Below, in pieces: positions 1 through 8,966 of a stretch of DNA of 13,763 nt. Each line of letters opens with the position of its first letter. Position 1 is the first letter of the stretch. Origin of the DNA: Azolla caroliniana (lineage: Eukaryota > Plantae > Polypodiophyta); NCBI GenBank assembly GCA_043228905.1, contig JBHGNT010000931.1, positions 1 to 13,763 of the forward strand, given 5' to 3'. The translations under genes were made by a program, and so were the position numbers. Under the pieces are notes generated by a model. That model made no database searches, was not told the origin of the DNA, and saw only the letters and a list, made by a program, of their open reading frames with translations.

Positions 1-147
1 AAATACGTGATGTCCGGAGTAGACCTTTAAATGGAATGCATGAAAGTCTTATGTCAAGTCAATATCCAATTCATATTTCATGATCTGATAATACAATGAT
101 AAATTGAGCCTTGGTTATTTGTTGCATTTATATGTATTAAGTGTTTG

Positions 148-855
148 TGTAAGACCAAAATGCATGTGCTACTCGAGCAGTGCTGTGGAAGATGAACCAA
201 GGAAAATGTTGTTGGAGAGGAATCTGCAATGGTGTTGTTTGGAGCCTTTAGGAGTGTTGTCTACCCTTCTGTGGGGTCCTCTCATTGGATGGCCTCCTGT
301 AAATCCTTTCGTGTGGTGCGTCGTGGAAAAGGGTATTCATGGATTGAATGGGTGCTTATCCAACAAATGGGCGCTCTTGCTTTGGGCACTTGCACAATGA
401 ACCAATGCTCACGCAAAGAACAGGCGCTCACAAAGGACGATTGCGCAATAAAGTGGCACTCATGGATTCGAAGGGCCGTTCGTGAATTCAAACCCTTCTT
501 GTGGTCTCTCTTGACAATGCCACAAATCAACAATCCACAATCCACTCTCTCACCCAACACCTAATAATAATCCTAAAATGAAGACAAAGAAAACCCTAAA
601 ATGAGGTAAAGAGAATATCGAAACCCTAAAATCCAAGAAGAGGAAGAAGATGCTCACATGTTCTCCCCAAAACACCACAAGTTCTCATATTTACATATTT
701 GCTCTGTTTTTTGTGACTGCCCTTTTCCCCCTTTTCCTAATTAGCCCCCTTTGGACCTGCCACGTCATGACAATGTATGGGACCAAACCTACAACCATCC
801 TAACCTCAACCAAAATTGTGCATGATTTTTAGCTAGATAAACACAAACCTCCACA
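148..855 (-). mobile_element. Solo LTR (708 bp) in a presumed NPC1 intron
   Basis: Begins TGTAAGACC (148), ends CTCCACA (855), flanked by TTTG at 144-147 and 856-859; more GC-rich than the flanks. On the minus strand TGACGTGGC (759-767), a TATA-like TATGTAAATA (688-697) and a CT-rich tract with TAGGGTTT follow in promoter order, which suggests minus orientation. Confidence 0.7.
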
Positions 856-1068
856 TTTGTTTGAATGGGTGTAAAAGAAGAGAAAACATTGTGACTCTTC
901 ATTTGAGTTAATCAGCAAGCCACAGGTACATAGCTGGAACACAGCCATTTTTTATGATATTTATCACAAAGCTTGCGTATCTGATTAATTGGTCACTCTT
1001 TGGATGATTGATGCAAATAATTTCTGCAGTTCAAGCAAAATAATTGATTCCCTTTGTTCTGTTTGCAG

Positions 1069-1134
1069 AGTGATTTCATCAATTCGATGAAAGCTGCTCG
1101 ATCATTTGCGTCACAAATGTCTGAATCACTTAAG
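1069..1134 (+). CDS. NPC1: NPC1-like exon (SDFINSMKAARSFASQMSESLK)
   Basis: tgcag| acceptor, |gtaaaa donor; phase 0/0. Confidence 0.9.
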
Positions 1135-3518
1135 GTAAAAATAGATACATATAATAAAATGTTAGTGAGCTGTGATATTGTTATTTTGTTTGGTTCATGT
1201 TTTTTTACTGACAAGTTGTTTTCGTCGTGAAGATGAAGATATTTCCATACTCAGTTACATATATCTTTTTTGAACAATACTTGGACATCTGGAGAACAAT
1301 GTTTCAGAGTCTTGCCCTTGCATTAGGTAAGAATTTGCTTGCGTTTTCACTTCTGTAACTTTGTGTTGTTATTTTCTTCAGGCTTAAGATAGTAAAAACC
1401 AAAACGTTTTTATGAACTTTGCTGCACAGGAACAATTTTTGCAGTATGCCTTATCATAACATGCAGGTAGATTAAATCTTTATGTCATGATGATATATAA
1501 ATCATTAGTTTAAATGCATAAGAAACTGACAAAAGATTTCATTTTTCCTTTTTACAGTTTCTGGCAATCGGGTATAATAATTACTGTTTTGGCAATGATC
1601 GTGACTGATATATTGGTAAGACATAACCATGTTATAACTTTAATCAATGGAACGCTTGGATTTTACCCCCTTTTCTCAATGTTTGTATATAATTCCCCCC
1701 CATGGTTTTCAAACAGTACCGGAATGCCCCTCCCTGAATACTATTGCACAGTATGCTTGTAATTAGCAATGGCACGGTTTCGGCTCAAACCGAACGGAAC
1801 CGTTAAGCCATGGTTTAACGGTTTATTGGTTCCAAAAAAAATTAATGGTTTGGATTTTCGATAAACGGTTCAGTTTTGGTTTGGTTCGGTTCTACAACTC
1901 AGGTTTATAGGTTTAAAGGTTTATAGTCTTTTGGTTAACTTTTTTTTTATCTTAATAATTTATTAATTTAATGGTTTGATTAATGGTAATTTATAGATTT
2001 ACTTAATTTAACTTGAATTTCTATTTAATTTAATGGTTCAATTAAAGTTTCTTTTATTGATTTAATAAATTTAGCTTAAATGCTTATTTAATTTAATGTT
2101 TTTTTGTTTATTTAGATGTTTAATTAGTTTGAAATGTTTTTATTTAATGGTTCGGTTTGGTTTCAACTGTTCTCTAAATGATTTAGTTTACTTTTTCTTA
2201 AGTGGTTTGGTTTAAATACTCGAGAGTTCATAAACAGTTTGGTTTGGTTTTTGTTTTATATAAACGGTTCGGTTTCTTTGCCTTGAAACCGAACTGAACC
2301 AAAACCGAACCGTAAAATATGTGCTGTAAAATATCTGGAACATTTGTGGTATCTTGTAGTGTTTTTATTTATTTTCCCTGTAAAAACACCAAGACTTAAT
2401 AACTTATATATGTGCAGGGTGTGATGTCATTTATGGATGTGCAATTGAATGCGATTTCAGTAGTCAATTTAGTAATGGCGACCGGCATCGCAGTGGAATT
2501 CTGTGTACATCTTACGCATGCATTCATGGTAGAATTTCCCTTCGTTGTTGGTTGAAATTAGGATGGTGTGTTTTGCTCATTATGGATATTGATATCAATG
2601 TTAATGTCATTCTCTTCTTGTGTTTATTCTTCGTTGAGTTATGGAACAACAAATTCATTTGCACAGATCTTAGAAGGTAGCCGATCAGAGCGAGCTAGCA
2701 AAGCTTTGTCAACCATGGGGGCCTCTGTGTTTAGGTGAGAGCCATTCAATTTCAGAGATATATGGATAATTCAGATTTAGATATCATCGTTATTCTTGTT
2801 TATACGTAATTTTCTTCTTGTGATGTACATTTGAATTTTATAATATTTTTTTCAAAATCTGTAAATGAAACCCAGTTTTCCTTTCATATATTCATATGTA
2901 TTTACATTGTTTTCACAGTGGAATAACAATAACAAAACTTGTTGGTGTGCTGGTCCTCTTCTTTTCACATTCCAAAATATTTGAGGTAAAATTCCATTTT
3001 CTCCTTGAAATTGTAGGTCTATGTGACAGCATTGGATGGAGAACATCGATGTAGATAATATGTGGTTATATGTACACATACACACATGTGTCTTTCACAA
3101 TCCCTATAAGTAGATAGTTAGACAGTTTTTACAGTGTGGTATGTGTGCGTGTCTTTGGTTATATGGTAGAGTTTTGCACCATCATATTCACTTCTTATGG
3201 TATGTAAGTTTTGTGCCATCGTGCTTCTTATCTTTAGGTATATTATTTCCGGATGTATTTGGCGCTCGTCATACTCGGATTCTTGCATGGGCTTGTGTTC
3301 CTACCGGTAAAGTGTTCATATATGTGTATATATGTGTCAAAAACCTCATGTTTCAACAATCCATTTTCAATGTGGCTTATCGGTTTGTGTAGGTTTTCCT
3401 TAGCCTTGTTGGACCACCTTCGTTGTGCTCAATAGATGAGGAAACCATCAGTTATATTAATGTGAACATGGGAATTTTGAAAGAAGACTCACAAAGCCAA
3501 GATGAAAATGATAGATAG
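1069..3518 (+). CDS. NPC1: Niemann-Pick C1-like sterol transporter (Patched/RND family), 3' part; 9 coding exons, 5' exons upstream of the window
   Basis: Manual splicing of GT-AG exons 1069-1134, 1233-1326, 1430-1466, 1558-1615, 2418-2528, 2667-2734, 2919-2985, 3238-3306 and 3393-3518 gives 696 nt in frame with no internal stop (231 aa + TAG): SDFINSMKAARSFASQMSESLKMKIFPYSVTYIFFEQYLDIW...QLNAISVVNLVMATGIAVEFCVHLTHAF...[61 protein letters not shown]. These are the recognisable C-terminal transmembrane motifs of plant/animal NPC1. Confidence 0.95.
1233..1326 (+). CDS. NPC1: NPC1-like exon (MKIFPYSVTYIFFEQYLDIWRTMFQSLALAL)
   Basis: gaag| acceptor, |gtaaga donor; conserved FPYS..Y.FFEQY motif. 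Confidence 0.92.
1430..1466 (+). CDS. NPC1: NPC1-like exon (GTIFAVCLIITCS)
   Basis: cacag| acceptor, |gtagat donor; phases compatible with both neighbours. Confidence 0.9.
1558..1615 (+). CDS. NPC1: NPC1-like exon (FWQSGIIITVLAMIVTDIL)
   Basis: tacag| acceptor after a pyrimidine tract, |gtaaga donor. Confidence 0.92.
1764..2313. mobile_element. Non-autonomous MITE-like insert, possibly hAT/Ds-like, in NPC1 intron 1616-2417
   Basis: Clusters of AACCG/CGGTT/GGTTT motifs at both ends around a very T/A-rich core. The left end TAGCAATGGCACGGTT loosely resembles hAT TIRs; only AACCGT (2308-2313) of the expected complement remains at the right. No clean TSD, so the superfamily is uncertain. Confidence 0.6.
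2418..2528 (+). CDS. NPC1: NPC1-like exon (GVMSFMDVQLNAISVVNLVMATGIAVEFCVHLTHAFM)
   Basis: tgcag| acceptor, |gtagaa donor; LNA.S.VNL and GIAVEFC.H motifs. Confidence 0.94.
2667..2734 (+). CDS. NPC1: NPC1-like exon (ILEGSRSERASKALSTMGASVFS)
   Basis: cacag| acceptor, |gtgaga donor; MGASVFS motif. Confidence 0.93.
2919..2985 (+). CDS. NPC1: NPC1-like exon ([22 protein letters not shown])
   Basis: cacag| acceptor, |gtaaaa donor; GIT.TK..G motif. Confidence 0.93.
3238..3306 (+). CDS. NPC1: NPC1-like exon ([23 protein letters not shown])
   Basis: tttag| acceptor, |gtaaag donor; YYF.MY and HGLVFLP motifs. Confidence 0.94.
3393..3518 (+). CDS. NPC1: NPC1-like terminal coding exon ([41 protein letters not shown])
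   Basis: tgtag| acceptor; V.LS..GP motif; TAG at 3516-3518. Confidence 0.9.
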   Translation, partial: [41 protein letters not shown]

Positions 3519-3964
3519 CTTTTTTCAACTTGTAATCTATATGAAGGCTACTAATCCAACATAGTGAAAATCGACCTCATAGAAATGAGAATATACATAT
3601 TTGCACAATATGTTTACCATATATTTGTATACTATTAGGTTTGTATTATGAGAACTTCTATATTATAAGTAATTGGTTAGCATAATATCTTCTACACTGT
3701 GTTTGCATTGACACCTTAAGGTAACTTACGAGGTTTAAGTGCGTTTAAGTGTATGACCATATAAATGCTTGTTGAGGTGGATGCAGAGGTCTGCTATTAT
3801 TGCAGTTTAACCACCTTGTGGTCTCTGGATTAAGTATATACCACACAAATGTGTAGACGAGTATTTTCTCTTAAACCTTATTTTTAACTCTCTTGAAAAA
3901 ACGATACACATTAAGCCACCTACTGTGACAACTGTTAAATGACTTCCAAACAAAAGGAGTATGT

Positions 3965-4040
3965 TAATGTTTTTGCTTCAGAAATATGGTTCTTTCTGGA
4001 ACTAATTTTTTAGCTTCAGAAATTGGATTCTTTCTGGAAC
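3965..4040. repeat. Imperfect tandem duplication, 2 x 38 bp
   Basis: taatgtttttgcttcagaaatatggttctttctggaac (3965-4002) followed by taattttttagcttcagaaattggattctttctggaac (4003-4040). Confidence 0.85.
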
Positions 4041-4559
4041 TTCCTATTAGTACTTCCTTCTCTGCTAGCTCTTTCAATTCCTGGATTTCTTCTCTATCTT
4101 CATGTCCAAAAATGACTGCATAACAACTCTCATAGATTTTGATCAATATATAAAATTTCCTACTAATTAACCTAGCTAGATATTAAAAAAAAATTGACTC
4201 GCTATTTTCAGAACAATAACTTAAAATTTTTGTTCATCACATACCACATAGAACAACACAAACTCTTGTAAGAAAATTTCATAATTAGTAGAATATTAAG
4301 AACGTGAACATATATAGCTAATTTTAGACCTGTGGAAACATTTATATCTAATTTTTGTGTATCATATTGAAACATTCCGTAATAAATTGGAGAACATTTA
4401 TAACTAATTCTAAAAACATGGGAGAATAGCAAGTCATCACATGGGAGAAATTCCAAAACAAATTAGATAAATTTAACAACATTCCAATCTATTTCTTCAA
4501 TGAAATATTTGATGTTATCATAATCATAAGGAGTTCTTATCAAAATATGATGATATGTT

Positions 4560-6603
4560 TTTTTTTGTGCAAGAAAATATTGGCACTAAAGTGATGTTTC
4601 TCTAGTTCATGTCCATCGATAGATATTCCTATCAATGCATCTATGACACCACTTTTTAGTCTTTTCTTAAGATTATTGTTTATTAGATTTAGTTGACTAA
4701 AGCTTCACATGTTTCAAAAGAAGAACATTGAAGCTTTTCTTTCCAAACATCCTTATAATTATCACGCCCCGAAACATCCAAAACATCTCCTCCAATACAT
4801 ATTGTAGTAGCTTTCCTTTTGAAGATTACATATTCATCACATAGTTTATCGTTATCCATCATAGAACACTTTGCCATCATCATTTTGTCAACACTAAAAA
4901 AACTGGAAGTGTCTTCAACTCATTAAGACCATCTTTTGTGCTACAATGCTTGTATATCTGAAAGATAACATTCATTGATGATAACATTCTAAATGCAAAT
5001 AGAGTCATCATATCGTAAACCTCTTCTTTTTAGACTCTATTTTCCGTGAAAATAAAACTTGGAGAGGAATTTCTTCAATTAGGTCCTCCCCATCAATACT
5101 TCTACCATGATCCTTATATATATATTGCCTTTCACCACATCTCAATAAAATTGAAAGCATTCATTTTTCTCCACCATATTTAGGAATTACTATCCTTTTC
5201 AAACCATTAGATCTGTAATATCTTGATGTGAAAACTACTCTTCTATATCCCTAATGGCCACAATAGCAAATCTCCAATGCTATTTATATCCACATAAACT
5301 TTTTGGAATTCCATTGTCAAGATAGACATACTCTTAAGTATACCTACAAGGAATGAAGCATACAAACTTCCTTGAAATTCTAAGATGGTGGTGGACAAGG
5401 ATCCCATGAAAACTTAAATGGGCTCAACCTTGATATTTCTACGAGTTGCGAGTTCAACTCTCGTTCACCCATTAGTATCATGTGTCTCAAACCCTTGTTC
5501 TTAGGTTAATGCTAGAAACCTTTACACTTCACACTCAATATTATCTAAGACACTTGATATCATCAAGTTTTGTAGATTTTCTTTATTGAAAAAGATCTAA
5601 TATGCATCACTTTGTGAGTGCAAAGTCTTCATAAATGGTTTATACACATTTTGTACACTCATAAGAGCACCATGGCAATTACATCATCGAGTCTTCACAA
5701 TCCCTAGCATACTCAAATGTATACATATATTCTAATGTACCTTGGATCCTAATGCATCTTCACCTCAATGTCTTGAGCTCCTAGGAAATGAGCAAACCAC
5801 TTGATTCAAAAGTACATCTAGCATTTTACATGTTTCTTTTATTTCAATATTCTTTGAAGCTTCTTGCACACTCAATTAGTTCAATGTACACAACCATGCA
5901 CATAAGTCATAGATGGATTATATGACTTTAATCTCGTAGCAACACCTCCTATAGACATACATCTCTTTCTAACATCCATCTTCCACTTTTTTAACAATGT
6001 CAAAATGCATTCCATTATTCTATTTTCCATACCATCCTCCACTTAAAGTATCCCCAAATAAGAGGTTTTTACTTGCCTTCTTTCGATGAGGGTAACATAA
6101 AGAATGAAACTCTTTGTAATACTTATATCGATAGATTCACATGTCATAAATTGAAACCAAGACTTTTCCTTGTCTTATCATAAATCTCAACTATAAAAAA
6201 CTTACTAATGTTCAGGACAAAGATACACAAGCATTATTGTTATTACATATCTGAGGAAGGCCTTCCACACCACACTCTCTTAATAATCTTAATAGGCTTA
6301 CAAGCATTCAAAATGCGAGATCCTCTTTTGCCATTAATATAGTATGCACATTCAAATAACTTTTCAATTGAAAAATCTACACCAACCTTTCTCTTTTATG
6401 CATTTAGACAATTTTTATTTCATTCTTGCAATGTTTCTTGCATGTTCTTCTAGTGTATAAGTCTTAAAATGTTTGGCTCCTATTTTATTAAATGAAAACT
6501 TGCAATGACTATGACTCCTACAATAACTACACCATAGATGACATGTTTCCAAATACTCTTGAAGCCACTTAAATTTATTAAGCCAATCTTCTAGAATCCA
6601 CAT
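4560..6603 (-). pseudogene. Degenerate hAT-superfamily transposase (ZNF862-like, TTF-type zinc finger)
   Basis: Minus-strand motifs in the correct order: DWLNKFKWL..LWCSYCR..FK..TLEEH (zinc finger, 6415-6603); FMTCESIDISITKSFILYV..YLGIL*VEDG (DESTD motif, ~6160-6030); GVATRLKSYNPSMTYVHGCVH*TN (HCxAHR motif, ~5950-5875); VKTR* (TRW); LTMEFQKVYVDI; and CE-FSQLNLINNNLKKRLKSGVIDALIGISIDG (C-terminal dimerisation domain, ~4712-4610). Many stops and frameshifts; TIRs not found; limits approximate. Confidence 0.88.
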
Positions 6604-6632
6604 AAGGGATAAGTGTGAGCAAAGAAAAGTTA

Positions 6633-7071
6633 CGTTGAGCGGACAAGCTCAACATGATCTGGATTGACTGAATAAGCCAAGAGCCGGATCGGTGTCCAAA
6701 TTGGAGAACCGGATCGATGTCCGAAACAGAGAGCCGGATCAATGTCCATTAGTGTGTAACCGGTAGGCAGTTAGAGGCCTACGATCCTAGCCTAGTATGT
6801 AGGCATATTTTTAGGAGTTAGTGTCAGTCGATCGTTACGAGCATTGAAGTACATGTTAGTACTTCTGTCAGTCCTTTTAAGGACTTGTATAAAACTGCTC
6901 ACTAAGCACATTGTATGTACAGAGTCTACAGATTTTTCATTCTCTGCTCTCTTTGTCTCTCCCACGCACTCTGTGTGTGTTGCAAGTCATCCATTAAACC
7001 TTTGTTCTGTTTTCTGTTGTTATCTGGTTGAGCCGGTTGTGCCTACAAGCTTCCACACGTTTTCTTTTACA
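6633..7071 (+). repeat. 5' LTR of the copia element (~439 bp)
   Basis: Ends TTTTACA immediately before the PBS; GTATAAAA TATA-like at 6887-6894; starts cGTTGAGC (presumed mutated TGTTGAGC), so the 5' boundary is less certain. Confidence 0.8.
6659..6747 (+). repeat. 25-bp-period tandem repeat in the LTR U3 region (core CCGGATCRRTGTCC)
   Basis: Cores start at 6684, 6709 and 6734, with a decayed copy ctggattg at 6659. Confidence 0.85.
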
Positions 7072-7083
7072 TGGTATCAGAGC
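7072..7083 (+). promoter_or_regulatory. Primer binding site for initiator tRNA-Met
   Basis: TGGTATCAGAGC directly after the LTR-terminal CA; the canonical plant retrotransposon PBS. Confidence 0.95.
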
Positions 7084-7573
7084 GTGAGGGTTGAGAAGCC
7101 TCTACTGCCGACAAGAGTTGTAACACAGACAAACCCTAATACCCTATAAGAATAGATAGAAGAGGAAATGGATAAAGGCATGGCAAGCTCGCTTCGGACA
7201 GAAGCAACTATGCATCTTGGTCGTACAAGATGCACTAGTACCTACTGCGGCACGGCTACTAGAGTTATGTCGAAGGAGCAAATGAGGCAGCGCCGGAGTC
7301 GGCACACAAGGACTTCCCGGTATGGGAACAAGAAGCGAGCAGAGTGTTGTACTATCTCGCTTCTTGTGTGCACGACCAGATGCTCCGCTACATCAGAGAT
7401 TCAAAAACACTGAAGGAAGCTTGGGAAAAACTCAAAACGATTTTTGCCGCAAGTACCTTGGCTCGGAAGTTGCAGTTCCAGCAAGAGCTTAAGAACATCC
7501 GGCAAAGGGACATGTTGGTCACCAACTACACCATGAAAATCAAGGAGATCTGCAACATAGTAGGGTCCATCAA

Positions 7574-8075
7574 TGTTGACGAGGATTAGCACGGAATATT
7601 GCTCGGCCACAACCAAATCTTGAACACTTCGATGAGAATGGAGAACATAGAAATGAGAACTAAAGAGTGAACACAAGATGTTTACATGGAAAAACCTAAT
7701 AGGGAAAAACCATGGGAGCCCACAGACTCCAAACTATCACTATGAAGAGAAGGTACAATCAGAGACTCATAGGCAACGACCTTGAGCTCAGTTTCTTCCC
7801 CAACTGGCGGTTACAACAGAGTATCGCTCTGTATCTCTCTCTCCCTCTCTGTCGCTCTCTTCTGTACAACAGTTACAACAACTATATTTTACACACTCTC
7901 TACAAAGTGATGGCCCTAAGTCATATTTATACTTATATGAACTTAGGGCTATTTACGAATATAGCCTCAATAGGCTTACTGAAAAAATATTTACAGATAT
8001 GTCTTCTCTTCCGGTTCTCACGGGGTCCTCTTTATTCATCACCGGATCCCATCCGGAGAGACCGATTTCCCAACA
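7574..8075 (-). mobile_element. Solo LTR (502 bp) nested in copia gag
   Basis: TGTTG...CAACA termini; excising 7572-8075 restores gag in frame (GSIN-AMVDEDEMV); GTATAAAT TATA on the minus strand at 7925-7932. Confidence 0.88.
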
Positions 8076-8447
8076 AATGCGATGGTGGATGAAGACGAGA
8101 TGGTGTAGATCTGCCTCGGTGGTCTAGTGCAGAGGTATGGACCAATCCGAACAACGATATTGACCCAGGAGAAGCCACCGTCCTTCTTTGACTTGCAATC
8201 GATGTCGAAGAAAACCATGCAAGTGGGTCGAGGACCACTCAATCGGACAGTCGCATGCTCTACAAACAGGCAGATCGGCACGCAATAGTGGTGGCCGACA
8301 AGGGTAGGAAAGAAGGCAAAGAGGTGGTGTCAACAACATATCCGGACCGTCTACGAGCAGGAGTTAAGGCAGCACCAGAAACCGGCAAGCAAAAGTCAAC
8401 ACAGAATACTCGTATTGTGGCCAGAAAGGCTACCCAGAGAGCGAGTG

Positions 8448-8966
8448 TGTTATAAGTGGGACAAAAGGGATACAGTGTGAAATGAATCTAAGGATACGTG
8501 GAAACCGAAAACCGGGAAGGAGGAAGGTATCGAAATACGAGTAGCCGAGAAGAAAGGAGTAACTGAAGCGCACCGAACAGGATGGGAAGCTATATAAAAA
8601 GAAGGAGAATCAGAAGGAAGAGGGAGGAGAGTGCGAAGAAGTAATACCTTTGTCTAGCGAGACTACTATTTTCCTGAGTATATGAGAATAGAACTCCGGA
8701 CATGAGCCGTGTAACTCTTGTACCTGAATACATTAATATAATTTTCTTTGTGGGTTTAATATGTTCGCGCAATCTATTTGTGTCATTCGAACTAGCCACC
8801 ACAGTTCTTTAGTGCAATTTACTAGGCTAATTGTGGCTAACGGTTTTTCCGTAATTAACTATCCGTGCAATCTCGGGGATTCCTTTCCACCACTACATAC
8901 CACAACCTCTTGACCCGATTGGCTTAAGAATAATCAAAGGTGTTATCTCGAAGAAGAGACAATTCA
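8448..8966 (+). mobile_element. Solo LTR (519 bp) nested in the copia zinc-knuckle region
   Basis: TGTTAT...AATTCA termini; excision restores GAG TGT TGG AAG AAG (ECWKK); CTATATAAAA TATA at 8590-8599. Confidence 0.85.

Noticed and set aside
591-630. AAACCCTAAA as an interstitial telomere
   Set aside because: Only two isolated units, not a tandem array; treated as telo-boxes.
104-832. Short ORFs 104-400, 229-564, 282-560 and 650-832
   Set aside because: They overlap each other, lie largely inside the inferred solo LTR, and show no recognisable motifs.
993-3435. Track ORFs 993-1214(-), 1514-1762, 2852-3085(-), 3141-3392 and 3253-3435 as separate genes
   Set aside because: They are antisense shadows or exon-plus-intron read-throughs of the NPC1 exons.
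3964-4456. Minus-strand ORFs 3964-4146 and 4208-4456
   Set aside because: Short, no ATG start at the track position, no recognisable domain or convincing splice structure; an exon of an unseen gene cannot be fully excluded.
6659-6747. Regularly spaced repeats as a CRISPR array
   Set aside because: The period is only 25 bp, the spacers resemble each other, the context is a eukaryotic LTR, and there are no cas genes.
7712-8092. 126-aa ORF
   Set aside because: Lies almost wholly within the solo LTR, antisense to it, and includes CT microsatellite-like sequence.
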